A DNA stretch of 64,000 nt from the NCBI GenBank assembly GCA_965213685.1, contig CBDBZY010000044.1, positions 128,001-192,000 on the forward strand, written 5' to 3'. The DNA comes from a bacterium. GTDB lineage: Bacteria; UBA8248. Below the pieces are notes generated by a model, which was not told where the DNA came from, searched no databases, and saw nothing but the letters and a program-made list of their open reading frames with translations. Made by a program: the position numbers and the translations under genes. Positions 1-9,591 of the stretch are shown in pieces. The number at the start of each line of letters is the position of its first letter. Position 1 is the stretch's first letter.

Positions 1-1142
1 CCCGTCGCCCACGGGCCCGCTGAGCCCAGGAGGGCGAACGCCATCATCGCCACCCCGTTCACGCGCCCGAAGCCGGGGCCTTCGAAATAGTCCGCGAGAA
101 TGGCCGAGCCGGTGGGCCGCATGAGACCGAGGGCGGCGCCGTTGGCTATCGTTCCGAGGTAGAAGCGGATTTCGGGGTCGCCCCGCTCGTAGACGCCCAG
201 GGAGAGGGCGGAGAGCGCGCCCAGGGCCGCGCCGATGAGGAACGTCGGCACCCGCCCCAGCCTGTCGGAAACCGGGCTGACGAGGTTGGCCCCCACCTGG
301 CAGAGCCCCCATATGGCGAACAGGACGCTCGCGGCCTCGAGGGAGAAGCCCTGGTCGGTGGCGTGGGGCACCAGATGAACGAGCATCCCCGCGAAGGCGT
401 AGGCCATGGGCAAGAACGAGCCCAGAAAGAGGAAGAAGGGCAGGCTGCGCAAGGAGACGCGGGCGTCGCCGGATGGTGGGGACGCCCGCGTCGCCTCTTG
501 CGCGTCCGGTGCGTCCTGCGCGAAGGCGGCGTCGGCGACGGTGCCTTTGTCCGCGGGATGGTCCCTGTGAAAAACGGCGCAGACCGGGAGCACGAGGAGC
601 AGAACCACGCCCGCGAGTGCCAGGTAGCTCATCCGCCAGCCCAGGGCCGCGATGAGGTAGGGGGTTGCGATGTTCAGGGCGAAGGCTCCGCCCTGGGCGG
701 TGTTGACGACGCCGAGTGCCAGCCCCCTTTTCTTCACGAACCAGTTGGAGAGCGTGGGCACCTGGGCGACCCACGTGCCCGCGGCGAAGCCCGCGCACAG
801 GCCTGCGTACATCAGGTAAAACTGCCAGAGCGAGGCGATCCGGCTTCCGAGCAGCAGGGAGAGGCCGAACACCAGAACGCCCGCCGACATCGAACCCCGG
901 ATGCTCCAGCGGTCGGAGAGAATCCCCGCCAGCGGCGAGACGACCGCCTGGGCCAGCATCCCGATCGAGAAGGCCGCCGCCGTCGCCCCGCGGCTCCAGC
1001 CCAGCTCGCCCGAGATCTCCTTGAAGAAGGGGCCGATGGTGGCGCGAAAGGCGATGAGCGCGATCATGGCGAGATAGACCACGCCCAGGACCACCCAGCC
1101 GTACCAGAGGCGCGCCTCCTCTCGCGTCGGAGGAGAGTTCAA
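1..1142 (-). CDS. MFS transporter (runs off window start), paralog of adjacent MFS
   Basis: Manual translation from TTG at 1142: MNSPPTREEARLWYGWVVLG...FFKEISGELGWSRGATAAAFSIG...NWFVKKRGLALG...VHLVPHATDQGFS; colinear with 1147-2436. Absent from ORF track because it has no stop in the window. Confidence 0.85.
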   Translation of the reverse strand, partial: MNSPPTREEARLWYGWVVLGVVYLAMIALIAFRATIGPFFKEISGELGWSRGATAAAFSIGMLAQAVVSPLAGILSDRWSIRGSMSAGVLVFGLSLLLGSRIASLWQFYLMYAGLCAGFAAGTWVAQVPTLSNWFVKKRGLALGVVNTAQGGAFALNIATPYLIAALGWRMSYLALAGVVLLLVLPVCAVFHRDHPADKGTVADAAFAQDAPDAQEATRASPPSGDARVSLRSLPFFLFLGSFLPMAYAFAGMLVHLVPHATDQGFSLEAASVLFAIWGLCQVGANLVSPVSDRLGRVPTFLIGAALGALSALSLGVYERGDPEIRFYLGTIANGAALGLMRPTGSAILADYFEGPGFGRVNGVAMMAFALLGSAGPWAT

Positions 1143-1146
1143 GGCC

Positions 1147-2436
1147 CTAGCCGCACTCTGCGCGCGGCGTCCGGGAGAGGGCCGCGACGAATATCAGCCC
1201 CCCGATGAACGTGGCGCCCGCGAGCAGGAAGCCCGCGTAGTAGCTTCCGCTCGCGTCGAAGAGCATCCCCGTCGCCACCGGCCCGAGGGCGCCCACGAGC
1301 GAGAAGACCATCATCGCGCATCCGTTCACCAGGCCGAAGCCCGGCCCCGCGAAATGATCGGCCAGGAGCGAGGAGGCCGTGGGCCGGACGAAGCCGAGGG
1401 CGAAGCCCACCCCCATCGCGCCCGCGTAGATTCGCCATTCGGGCGATGCGCGCGTGAAGGCGGCGAGCAGAAAACAAGCCGCCACCCCGCATACCGCCCC
1501 GATCGCGTAGGTGGGGAGTCTCCCTATCCTGTCGGATATCGCGCTCAGGCCGTTTCCGGCGGCGAGGGCCGCCCCATACAGGGCGAAAAGCGCGGCGCCT
1601 CCCGCCGGGGAGAATCCCTGGTCCGTCGCGTGGGGGACGAGGTGCACCAGAACGGTGGTGAACACGTAGGCGATGCTACCGTATGTCCCTCCGATGAGCG
1701 CGAACCGGCGGGTGCGGAAAAAGGCGAGGGAGGCGGATTCCCGCTCCTGCGCGCGGGGGAGGATGACGGCGGCCTTGGCGCGTGCGCGGGAGAATTCCTC
1801 GGACGTCAGGAAGGGCGCGTCGGGTGCCGTGCGCTTCTCCCGGGGGTGGTCGCGCAGCAGCGCGGCGGCGAACGGCAGGAGGAGGAGGAGCACGACGCCC
1901 GCGAGGGCTAAGTAGCTCCCCCGCCAGCCGAGGCCGGCGATGAGCAGGGGGGTGAGGATGTTTAGGACGGGGGCGAAGCCCTGGGCCGCGTGCGAGAAGC
2001 CCATGGCCAGCCCGCGCTTGAGGATGAACCAGTTGGCGAGCATCTGCACTTGCGGCAGGTTGGCCGTGAAGGCGAAGCCCACGGAGAGGAAAAAATACAT
2101 GGCGTAAAAATGCCAGAGCGCGCCGATGTAGGCCCCGATGATGAGGGAAGTCCCGTTCACGAAGATGCCCGCCGCGATCACCCAGCGCATGTTGAAGCGC
2201 TCGAGCACCCAGCCCGCCAGGGGCGCCACCACCGCCTGGCCCAGCATCCCGACCGTGAAGGCGGCGGCCGTCTGCGCGCGGTTCCAGCCGAACTCGCCGG
2301 AGATTTCCTTGAAGAAAATCCCCAGGGAGTTCCGTATCCCGATGGTCACCGCCAGGATGATGAAAATGGCGAACAGGATGACCCATCCGTACCAGAGGCG
2401 GAGGTCTTTTCTGCTCTCGTGGCGCGAGGGGGTCAA
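1147..2436 (-). CDS. MFS transporter (OFA/MCT-like)
   Basis: Hydrophobic multi-TM protein with LWYGWVIL, WFILKRGLAMG and SDRIGR motifs; probable TTG start at 2436 overlaps the upstream stop (TTGA). Confidence 0.85.
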   Translation of the reverse strand: MTPSRHESRKDLRLWYGWVILFAIFIILAVTIGIRNSLGIFFKEISGEFGWNRAQTAAAFTVGMLGQAVVAPLAGWVLERFNMRWVIAAGIFVNGTSLIIGAYIGALWHFYAMYFFLSVGFAFTANLPQVQMLANWFILKRGLAMGFSHAAQGFAPVLNILTPLLIAGLGWRGSYLALAGVVLLLLLPFAAALLRDHPREKRTAPDAPFLTSEEFSRARAKAAVILPRAQERESASLAFFRTRRFALIGGTYGSIAYVFTTVLVHLVPHATDQGFSPAGGAALFALYGAALAAGNGLSAISDRIGRLPTYAIGAVCGVAACFLLAAFTRASPEWRIYAGAMGVGFALGFVRPTASSLLADHFAGPGFGLVNGCAMMVFSLVGALGPVATGMLFDASGSYYAGFLLAGATFIGGLIFVAALSRTPRAECG

Positions 2437-2774
2437 GGCGAGGGGTTGTCGTTGAGCGGCTGCCCCACCCAGAAGGAATAGCCGGAGTAGAACTTCTCCA
2501 CCCGCCGGATGGCGTGCGCGGAGATGCGGACGCCCTCGACCGCCACGTCCGAGACCCCCGGGTGCTGCATGAGTTTTTGCCGGACGCCCAGGGCGTAGGT
2601 GACGCTCTTGAGGGGGCAGCCGCGGCACGCGCCCTCGAAGCGGAGCGAGACCTCCCCGGCTTCGCTCACCTCCTCGAGCGCGATTCCGCCGCCGTGAATC
2701 TTGAGAAGCGGGCGAATCTGCGTCTCGATGATGCCCTCCACCTCGGCGACGAGGGCGTCGCGGCGGCGGCTCAT
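2433..2774 (-). CDS. NifU C-terminal (Nfu) domain protein
   Basis: IRPLLKIHGGGI...LRFEGACRGCP has the Nfu CxxC signature; ATG at 2774 overlaps the amidohydrolase stop (ATGA). Confidence 0.85.
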   Translation of the reverse strand: MSRRRDALVAEVEGIIETQIRPLLKIHGGGIALEEVSEAGEVSLRFEGACRGCPLKSVTYALGVRQKLMQHPGVSDVAVEGVRISAHAIRRVEKFYSGYSFWVGQPLNDNPSP

Positions 2775-3799
2775 GACTCCCCTCCGCTCCACAGCTCCCG
2801 CTTTTTGGCCGCGACGTCCACCCCGAATATGCGCGCCTGGTTCAGTCCCAGTATCTGGTGCTTGTCCGCCTCGGTGATGGGGGGATACCCGTAGTCCTCC
2901 TGCATGGATTCGGGGATTTCCATCTCCCATATCCACTCGAGGACGGGCCGCGCGTTTCCCAGAAGCGCCATCTCGGAGCCCCAGAGGATTCTGTCCGACC
3001 CCACGTCGCGCAGGAGCCTGCCCATCCACTCGGTGAAGGTTCTGGGGGCGATCATGGGGGTGTGGCCGACGCCCGAGAGCACGAGGAACACGTTTTCGTA
3101 GCGGTTCGCCATCCAGACGGTCTCCTCGAAGTAGGGCACCGCCAGATGGTGGACGCCAAAGAGGAGGTCGGGGAAATCCAGGGCGGCGCCCTCGATGTCG
3201 AGGGGCGAGAGGTCGCGCAGACGCGCCCGGGTGATGGGGTTTCCCTTGTGGAACTGAAAGACCCGCACGCCGAGCGCGCGCCCTTTTTCGTAGAGGGGAT
3301 AGGCGATTTCGGGGTCGTCGCACGCCCAGGATTTCCCGTCCACGTGGGCGTTGTAGATTTTGAAGGAGCGGGCGCCCCACTCCCGCACCTGGCGCTCCAT
3401 CTCCTCGCAGGCGGCGGCCACGCTCGGGTACATCGGGTCCACGGCGCCGCAAAACAGGCAGCGCTCCGGATACGCCTGCGCGAACGCATACTGCGCCCTC
3501 ACGGGCGCGAAGCCGTCCTTGTAGAGGTCGAACAGGGGCACCGCCTGGGCCATCGCCATGTCGGTTCCCGAATCCTCGAAGACGAGGCGCCCCATCTCCT
3601 CCACGCTCCAGCGGCGCTTGAATCCCTCCACCGGGTCCCACCCCGCGTAGACGTCCGAGGGCGCCGTGCGCCTTCTGCCCAGCGCCTTGCTCACGTGGTA
3701 GTGGCGGTCGTATGCGCTCTTCGGCGAGAGGAGGTTTTCGTCCGAGTAGTCATACATGTGCACCACGTTGTCAAAAACGAAGACGTCATCGCGTATCAT
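2771..3799 (-). CDS. Amidohydrolase_2 family protein
   Basis: MIRDDVFVFDNVVHMYD (DxxxH), FQFHKG, VHHLA, DRILWGSE, ILGLNQARIFG. Confidence 0.85.
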   Translation of the reverse strand: MIRDDVFVFDNVVHMYDYSDENLLSPKSAYDRHYHVSKALGRRRTAPSDVYAGWDPVEGFKRRWSVEEMGRLVFEDSGTDMAMAQAVPLFDLYKDGFAPVRAQYAFAQAYPERCLFCGAVDPMYPSVAAACEEMERQVREWGARSFKIYNAHVDGKSWACDDPEIAYPLYEKGRALGVRVFQFHKGNPITRARLRDLSPLDIEGAALDFPDLLFGVHHLAVPYFEETVWMANRYENVFLVLSGVGHTPMIAPRTFTEWMGRLLRDVGSDRILWGSEMALLGNARPVLEWIWEMEIPESMQEDYGYPPITEADKHQILGLNQARIFGVDVAAKKRELWSGGES

Positions 3800-3846
3800 T
3801 GAGACGGGTCTCCTCCCTCCCCTCCGGGCTACGCCTCCCGGTCGCC

Positions 3847-3876
3847 AGACTAGCACAGGCCGCCCCCTCGTGTCAG
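3847..3876 (-). promoter_or_regulatory. Putative sigma70 promoter of the amidohydrolase-NifU-MFS operon
   Basis: CTGACA-18 bp-TAGTCT with extended -10 TG on the minus strand. Confidence 0.35.
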
Positions 3877-3886
3877 ATGCGGGAGA

Positions 3887-3898
3887 GGGGGGGGGGGG
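3887..3898. repeat. G12 homopolymer in divergent intergenic region
   Basis: Read directly from the sequence. Confidence 0.8.
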
Positions 3899-4034
3899 AG
3901 ACGGGGCGACGGTTTTACACGAGCGGAGGTTTTCGCGAGCGGGAAAAGGGGCGGCGCCCGTTTCGGTTGGACTTCGCCTCCCGGCCGGCGTAGAAAACCC
4001 CCTGGTTCTTTTGTTCCGCAGGGAGGAGGGTTCC

Positions 4035-4904
4035 GTGGACTGGGTGACGCTCTCCGTCATCGCGGCGGTCGGGCAGGTGTGCCGGAACGCGGCGATGAAA
4101 TCCATCGGCCACCAGCTGGATGAGTACATCAACGTGCTGGGGCGGTTTTCGCTCCTGCTCCCCTTCGCCGGGCTGGCGGTATGGATGAAGGGCGTCCCCG
4201 AGATACAGCCCGGCTTCTGGTGGATATGTCTTTTGTTCGGCTTCTCCCAGACCCTGGCCACCCTCCTGCTCTCCAAGGCGCTCCTGTATGGCTCGATGGG
4301 CGTGGTGACCTCGCTGTGGAAGCTCTCGCTCATCTGGCTGGTGGCGCTCTCCTTCCTCACGCTGGACGAGACGCCCTCGGCCTGGGGCCTCGCGGGGATC
4401 GTCCTCACCCTGGCGGGCGTCTACGGCCTGAACGTCTCGCGCGCCAAAATCGGCTGGTTCGAGCCGGTGCGCGCCCTGTTCACCGACAAGGGGATGCGCT
4501 ACACTCTGCTCTCCTCCCTGATGTACGCCCCCTCGGTCATCACCTTCAAGCAGGCGGCCGTGCTCTCCGACGGCCCCTTCGGCACGCTCGCGGCGTATGC
4601 GGCGGCGGCACTCGTGGTGTTGCCGGTCACGCTGTGGAAGTCCGCCGCGCGCTTCCGCGGCGTCCCCAGGCTCTGGAAGGGCTTCCTCTCCCTGGGACTG
4701 TTCGCCTTCATCACGAGCCTGGCCCAGGCGGAGGCCTATCGGGTCACGCTGACCTCCTATGTGGAGTCGGTGAAGCAGGTCGAGATTCTTCTCGCCATCG
4801 CCATCGGCTATCTCTTCTTCATGGAGCGCGACCGCGTCCGCGAGACCCTCCTGGGCGGCGCGGTGATTCTGGCGGGCATCGTTTTGCTGATTCTGGCGGG
4901 GTGA
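4035..4904 (+). CDS. EamA/DMT family transporter
   Basis: GTG start after GGAGGAGG; two EamA-like halves (LSFLTLDETPSAWGLAGIVL; YLFFMER...GGAVILAG). Confidence 0.85.
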   Translation: MDWVTLSVIAAVGQVCRNAAMKSIGHQLDEYINVLGRFSLLLPFAGLAVWMKGVPEIQPGFWWICLLFGFSQTLATLLLSKALLYGSMGVVTSLWKLSLIWLVALSFLTLDETPSAWGLAGIVLTLAGVYGLNVSRAKIGWFEPVRALFTDKGMRYTLLSSLMYAPSVITFKQAAVLSDGPFGTLAAYAAAALVVLPVTLWKSAARFRGVPRLWKGFLSLGLFAFITSLAQAEAYRVTLTSYVESVKQVEILLAIAIGYLFFMERDRVRETLLGGAVILAGIVLLILAG

Positions 4905-4936
4905 GCGCACAGCCGCCCCCGTCGCCCCTATCCGAA

Positions 4937-5329
4937 CTACACGATGGACTCCTCGTCCACCAGCGTTTTCGCCTTGGCATGGTCGTCCGCCGTCAGCGCG
5001 ACCGTCGCGTGGCCGGCGTGGCGATCCAGGATGTGCATGCTGCGGATGTTCACGCCCGCCTGCTTGAACCTCTCCGCCACCCTCGCGAGGGCGCCCGGCT
5101 CGTCGCGCAGCCGGATGACCATCGCCTCGTCGGTGACCGCCCGGAAGCCCGCGTTCTTCAGAACGTGCAGGGCGCGGTCCGACTCGCTGGTGGTGAGAAT
5201 GACGACGCCCTGGTCGCGGGCGTTCTCGGTGTTGAGCGCCTCGATGTTGATGCCCGCGTCGGCCAGCGCCTTGCTGATGTCCGCGATGACTCCGACCTCG
5301 TTTTTCGCCGTGATGATGATTCGGTGCAT
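4937..5329 (-). CDS. Tandem ACT-domain protein
   Basis: Two ACT repeats: NEVGVIADISKALADAGINIEAL and DEPGALARVAERFKQAGVNIRSM. Confidence 0.9.
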   Translation of the reverse strand: MHRIIITAKNEVGVIADISKALADAGINIEALNTENARDQGVVILTTSESDRALHVLKNAGFRAVTDEAMVIRLRDEPGALARVAERFKQAGVNIRSMHILDRHAGHATVALTADDHAKAKTLVDEESIV

Positions 5330-5350
5330 CAGGAATCCTCCCTGCTGGGT

Positions 5351-6472
5351 TCAGGCGTGCTCCGCCTCCGTGTAGTCGTCGATGAACGCATCCACCGTCG
5401 CCCGCGTGACGTGCGGCATGGTGATGATGTGGGCGATGTCTCCCAGCGGGGCGATTTGCCACTTGCGCAGGATGTCCTCGGCCGGTCTCGGGAAGACGAC
5501 CGTGACCGAGTTGCTGTGGCGCCACGCGGGAGTCCCCCGGCTGCGAAATCGCTCGACCGCATACTCCGCGACGCCCAGCATCTCCGCCACGATCTTCCGG
5601 AAGCCCTCCATGCCGAGGCACTCGAAGGCGTACCAGAGGATGAGCGGCGTCAGCCCGTTGCGCGACCCGGAGAGCGTGGTGTCCAGCACGCCCACGTATT
5701 CGACCGCCCGCGCGATGCGCGCCGCGTAGTCGCGCCTCGTCAGCGCGACGCCGCAGGGCAGCGGGGAGCCGATGAGCTTGTGGCCGCTGACGGCCACGCT
5801 GTCGAAGCCGGCGTCGAACCCGTAGGGTTGCGGTGCCTCCACGAAGGGGAGGATCATGCCGCTCAGGGCGGCGTCCGCATGAATGTAGGCGTGCGTTACC
5901 GCCAGGTCGTCCAGGATGTCGCGCACCTTGCGCACGTCATCCACGGCTCCCTTCATCGTGCTGCCGACGTTCGCGATGAAAATCACCGGCGCGTCGCGGT
6001 GGATGCGTATCGTCTCGTAGAGGTCGCCGTAGTCTATTTCCCCGTCATCCTGGCTCTTGATCATGATGTTGCGCATGTTCAGGACGCTCAGAATCTTCAG
6101 GACGCTGTAGTGCGTGTCCTGCGAGAAATACACCATGCCGTTCGGGAACAGCTCGCGCCCGAGGTAAAGGCCGTACATGTTGCCCTCGGTGCCGCCGGAG
6201 GTCACATAGCCCCACGCCTGCTCTTGGGGGAGGCGCATCAGACGGGCGAAATGGGCGATCACCTCGCGCTCCGCCTCGTGGGTGTTGCTTTGGAAATTGC
6301 TGTCGTGAAAGGGGTCGCCCACGTTGTTGAGGGAATAGCGGAAGAAGGGCAGCAGCGCCGAGAAGTCGGGCGCCTGGTTGCACGGGTAGCCTATCTGCCG
6401 CCGCGCGAAGCCGTCGAAATCCCGCAGCATGGCGTCGAGGCGCGCTTTGGTCTCCGGAGACGGCTCGCTCAT
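5351..6472 (-). CDS. PLP-dependent group II decarboxylase (histidine/serine decarboxylase family)
   Basis: GYP, NNVGDPF, GYVTSGGTEGN, HYS, IHADAAL, SGHK (PLP lysine), GSRNG. Confidence 0.9.
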   Translation of the reverse strand: MSEPSPETKARLDAMLRDFDGFARRQIGYPCNQAPDFSALLPFFRYSLNNVGDPFHDSNFQSNTHEAEREVIAHFARLMRLPQEQAWGYVTSGGTEGNMYGLYLGRELFPNGMVYFSQDTHYSVLKILSVLNMRNIMIKSQDDGEIDYGDLYETIRIHRDAPVIFIANVGSTMKGAVDDVRKVRDILDDLAVTHAYIHADAALSGMILPFVEAPQPYGFDAGFDSVAVSGHKLIGSPLPCGVALTRRDYAARIARAVEYVGVLDTTLSGSRNGLTPLILWYAFECLGMEGFRKIVAEMLGVAEYAVERFRSRGTPAWRHSNSVTVVFPRPAEDILRKWQIAPLGDIAHIITMPHVTRATVDAFIDDYTEAEHA

Positions 6473-6694
6473 GGGGTGGAATCCTCATGCTTGCAGGGTG
6501 GAGAGGCCCCCCCGGGCTCCCGGCCCGTCCAGGGTGCGCCACGCTCCCCCGGCAGGAGATAAGAGAGAACGCCCAAAAATTGTATCCCCGCCCAACGGGC
6601 GCGCGCAACCGGGGAGCGGGGGGCGCGCAGGCGGCGGGGCAGGCGGTGAATCGGCGCGGGTTTCGGCGTATCTCCCGTCGCCCTCCCCGAATTG

Positions 6695-6723
6695 TTGACA
6701 CCGCCCGACGCCAGCCGTAAGAT
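6695..6723 (+). promoter_or_regulatory. sigma70 promoter of first nuo operon
   Basis: TTGACA-17 bp-TAAGAT, about 80 bp upstream of nuoA. Confidence 0.75.
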
Positions 6724-6803
6724 GCGCCTGGTTGCTTGGTGCGGAGTTCTAGACGAGGCGGCAAACGCGGGCGCCGGACGCCCGGGCGTTGCGGAGGCGA
6801 GGG

Positions 6804-7160
6804 ATGCCGGAAGAGTATTTGCCCATATTGATTCTGCTTGCCCTGGCGGTCGGGTTCGCGATCATGAACCTGGGCGTGACGTTTCTGATGGGAAAGCGCA
6901 AGCCCACGGCGGAGAAGGATTTCGCCTATGAGTGCGGCATCGTCCCCGAATCGAACGCGCGCGGGCGCTTCAGCGTCAAATTCTTTCTGGTGGCGATCTT
7001 GTTCATCGTCTTCGACGTGGAGACCATCTTCCTGTATCCGTGGGCGGTGAACCTCCGGAGCCTGGGCGTATACGGGTTCGTCGCGGTTCTGCCCTTCATG
7101 GGCCTGCTGGTGGCCAGCCTGATATACGAATGGCGGCGGGGAGCGCTGGAATGGGACTAG
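6804..7160 (+). CDS. nuoA: NADH-quinone oxidoreductase subunit A (copy 1)
   Basis: [24 protein letters not shown]. Confidence 0.95.
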   Translation: MPEEYLPILILLALAVGFAIMNLGVTFLMGKRKPTAEKDFAYECGIVPESNARGRFSVKFFLVAILFIVFDVETIFLYPWAVNLRSLGVYGFVAVLPFMGLLVASLIYEWRRGALEWD

Positions 7161-7648
7161 AAGAACAGCTGGAGGGACAGCTGGTGCTGGGCCGCGCGAC
7201 CGAGGTGATCAAGTGGGCGCGGCGGAACAGCCTGTGGCCGGCGCTTTTCGGCCTGGCCTGCTGCGCCATCGAGATGATGTCGACCTCGGCGGCGAAATAC
7301 GACATCTCGCGCTTCGGCGCCGAGGTGTTCCGCGCCTCGCCCCGCCAGGCGGATTTGATGATCGTGGCGGGCAGGGTCTCGCGCAAGATGGCGCCCGTGC
7401 TCCGGCAAATTTACGATCAGATGCCCGAGCCGAAGTGGGTGATCTCCATGGGCGCGTGCGCGTCCACGGGCGGGATATTCAACAACTACGCGCTCGTGCA
7501 GGGCGTGGACGAGGTCGTGCCGGTCGACATTTACGTGCCGGGCTGTCCGCCTCGCCCCGAAACCCTCATAGACGGCGTCATGAAGCTCCAGGCGAAGATT
7601 GCGGAGGAGCGGCTCTACCGGGAAGATTCCAGGACCACCTCGCTTTAG
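7151..7648 (+). CDS. nuoB: NADH-quinone oxidoreductase subunit B (copy 1)
   Basis: [30 protein letters not shown]. Confidence 0.95.
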   Translation: MGLEEQLEGQLVLGRATEVIKWARRNSLWPALFGLACCAIEMMSTSAAKYDISRFGAEVFRASPRQADLMIVAGRVSRKMAPVLRQIYDQMPEPKWVISMGACASTGGIFNNYALVQGVDEVVPVDIYVPGCPPRPETLIDGVMKLQAKIAEERLYREDSRTTSL

Positions 7649-7762
7649 CACGATGCCTACGATGCGCGAACGCTCCCCGCGCCGCGCGAGCGGGAAATCG
7701 ACGCGAGGACGGGGGGACGCTCTCTGCGCGCGATGCGGGAGTCCACGCGGGAAGGATGAGGA

Positions 7763-8332
7763 GTGAGGCCGTTGGCGGAAGAGCGGCGAGAGGGCGCCGG
7801 GGCGCGGGAGCCCGTCGAGAAAAAAGACCCCGACCTCGTTTTGTTGCGAGCGAAAATCGGCCGGGGCTTTCTGGGTGCCCGGGCGCATCGCGGCCAGATG
7901 TCCGCGCAGGTCGCGCCGGACGCCCTGCCGGAGGCGGCGCGCTTCCTGCGCGATGAGCGGGGGTTTCGGCTCTTGAGCTTCGTTTGCGGGGTGGATTGCC
8001 TGGAGTTGCCGGTTCCCTATCGCTTCAAGGTGACGTATGCGCTCCTGAACCCGGAGAGGGCGCGCCGCCTGCGCGTCGAGGTGCCCTGCGCGGACGATCT
8101 CGAACCGGCGGTACCCAGCGTCTGCGGGATATGGCCGGGCGCCAGGCTTCACGAGAGCGAGGCGTACGACCTGTTGGGGATCGCCTTCGAGGGACACCCC
8201 GGGCTGGAGCGCATCCTCACCCCCGAGGGGTTCGAGGGACATCCCCACCGCAAGGACTTCGACATCGCCGCCGAGCCGGTGGCGTTCACGTTCCGGGACA
8301 CGCCCGCGGGCAAGCCTAGAGCGGTGGAGTGA
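7763..8332 (+). CDS. nuoC: NADH-quinone oxidoreductase subunit C (copy 1)
   Basis: ESEAYDLLGIAFEGHPGLERIL...GHPHRKDF; start approximate. Confidence 0.9.
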   Translation: MRPLAEERREGAGAREPVEKKDPDLVLLRAKIGRGFLGARAHRGQMSAQVAPDALPEAARFLRDERGFRLLSFVCGVDCLELPVPYRFKVTYALLNPERARRLRVEVPCADDLEPAVPSVCGIWPGARLHESEAYDLLGIAFEGHPGLERILTPEGFEGHPHRKDFDIAAEPVAFTFRDTPAGKPRAVE

Positions 8333-8348
8333 TTATCGGGAGGCCCTG

Positions 8349-9572
8349 ATGGCCACGGAAGCGCAGCAGAGGAGCCCCCTCGACAGCGACATGCTCGGCC
8401 CGATACAGACCGAGACGATGACGCTCAACATGGGGCCGCAGCACCCGAGCACGCACGGGGTCCTGCGCGTGGTGCTCGAACTCGACGGCGAGACGGTGCT
8501 CTCCTGCAAGCCGGTCATCGGCTACCTGCACACCGGCATCGAGAAGAACATGGAGGAGAAAACCTACAACAAGGCCCTCCCCATGACGGACCGCATGGAC
8601 TACCTGGCGCCGATGTCGAACAACCTGGGCTTCGTGCTGGCTGTGGAGAAGCTCCTCGCACTGGAGGTGCCCCGCCGCTGTCGCTACCTGCGCGTGCTGC
8701 TCGCGGAGATGACGCGCCTGAACAGCCACCTCGTCTGGCTGGGCACCCACGCCCTCGACCTGGGGGCGATGACGGTCTTTTTGTATTGCTTCCGCGAGCG
8801 CGAGCAGCTTCTCAGGATTTTCGAGAAGGTCGCCGGCGTGCGCATGATGACGAGCTATTTTCGGGTGGGCGGCGTCGCCCGGGAGCCGTATGCGGCGTTC
8901 TATGGGGATTGCCGGAGTTTTCTGGACCCCTTCCCCGATCGCGTGGACGAATATGAGGAGCTGCTCACGAACAACCCCATCTACAGGAGGCGCGCGGAGG
9001 GCGTCTGCGCCATGACGGCCGAGGAGGCCTGCGCACTCGGCGTCACGGGGCCGCTGCTCCGGGCCTGCGGCGTTTCCTACGACATCCGCAAGAACGAGCC
9101 CTATTCGGGCTATGAGGAGTTCGACTTCGAGGTTCCCGTGGGCGAGCGGGGCGATATTCTGGACAGGTATCTGGTGCGGATCGCCGAGATGCGCCAGTCC
9201 AGGCGCATCGCCGTGCAGGCACTCGAGGGAATGCCCGAGGGACCCCTCATGGCGGACAACCCCAAGGTGGTGCCGCCGCCCAAGGAGCAGCTCGCCCATG
9301 ACATGGAGGCGCTGATTCACCACTTCAAGATATTCACCGAGGGCTACAGCGTGCCCGAGGGCGAGGTCTATCACGCCATCGAGTCCCCCCGGGGCGAGCT
9401 GGGCTATTACATCATCAGCGACGGGAGCCCGAGCCCCTACAAGGTAAAGGTGCGCGCGCCGAGTTTTGCGAATCTTCACGCCCTCTCCGAGATCACCCGG
9501 GGAGGACTCATGGGCGACGTCGTGGCCGCCATCGGCAGCATCGACATCGTGCTGGGCGAGATAGATCGATAA
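8349..9572 (+). CDS. nuoD: NADH-quinone oxidoreductase subunit D (copy 1)
   Basis: NMGPQHPSTHGVLR, DRMDY, SIDIVLGEIDR. Confidence 0.95.
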   Translation: MATEAQQRSPLDSDMLGPIQTETMTLNMGPQHPSTHGVLRVVLELDGETVLSCKPVIGYLHTGIEKNMEEKTYNKALPMTDRMDYLAPMSNNLGFVLAVEKLLALEVPRRCRYLRVLLAEMTRLNSHLVWLGTHALDLGAMTVFLYCFREREQLLRIFEKVAGVRMMTSYFRVGGVAREPYAAFYGDCRSFLDPFPDRVDEYEELLTNNPIYRRRAEGVCAMTAEEACALGVTGPLLRACGVSYDIRKNEPYSGYEEFDFEVPVGERGDILDRYLVRIAEMRQSRRIAVQALEGMPEGPLMADNPKVVPPPKEQLAHDMEALIHHFKIFTEGYSVPEGEVYHAIESPRGELGYYIISDGSPSPYKVKVRAPSFANLHALSEITRGGLMGDVVAAIGSIDIVLGEIDR

Positions 9573-9591
9573 GCAGAGGAAGAGTGTTTTT

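Noticed and set aside
3887-3898. G12 tract as a phase-variable promoter element
   Set aside because: It lies upstream of both candidate -35 boxes, not in a spacer or CDS, so no mechanism is evident.
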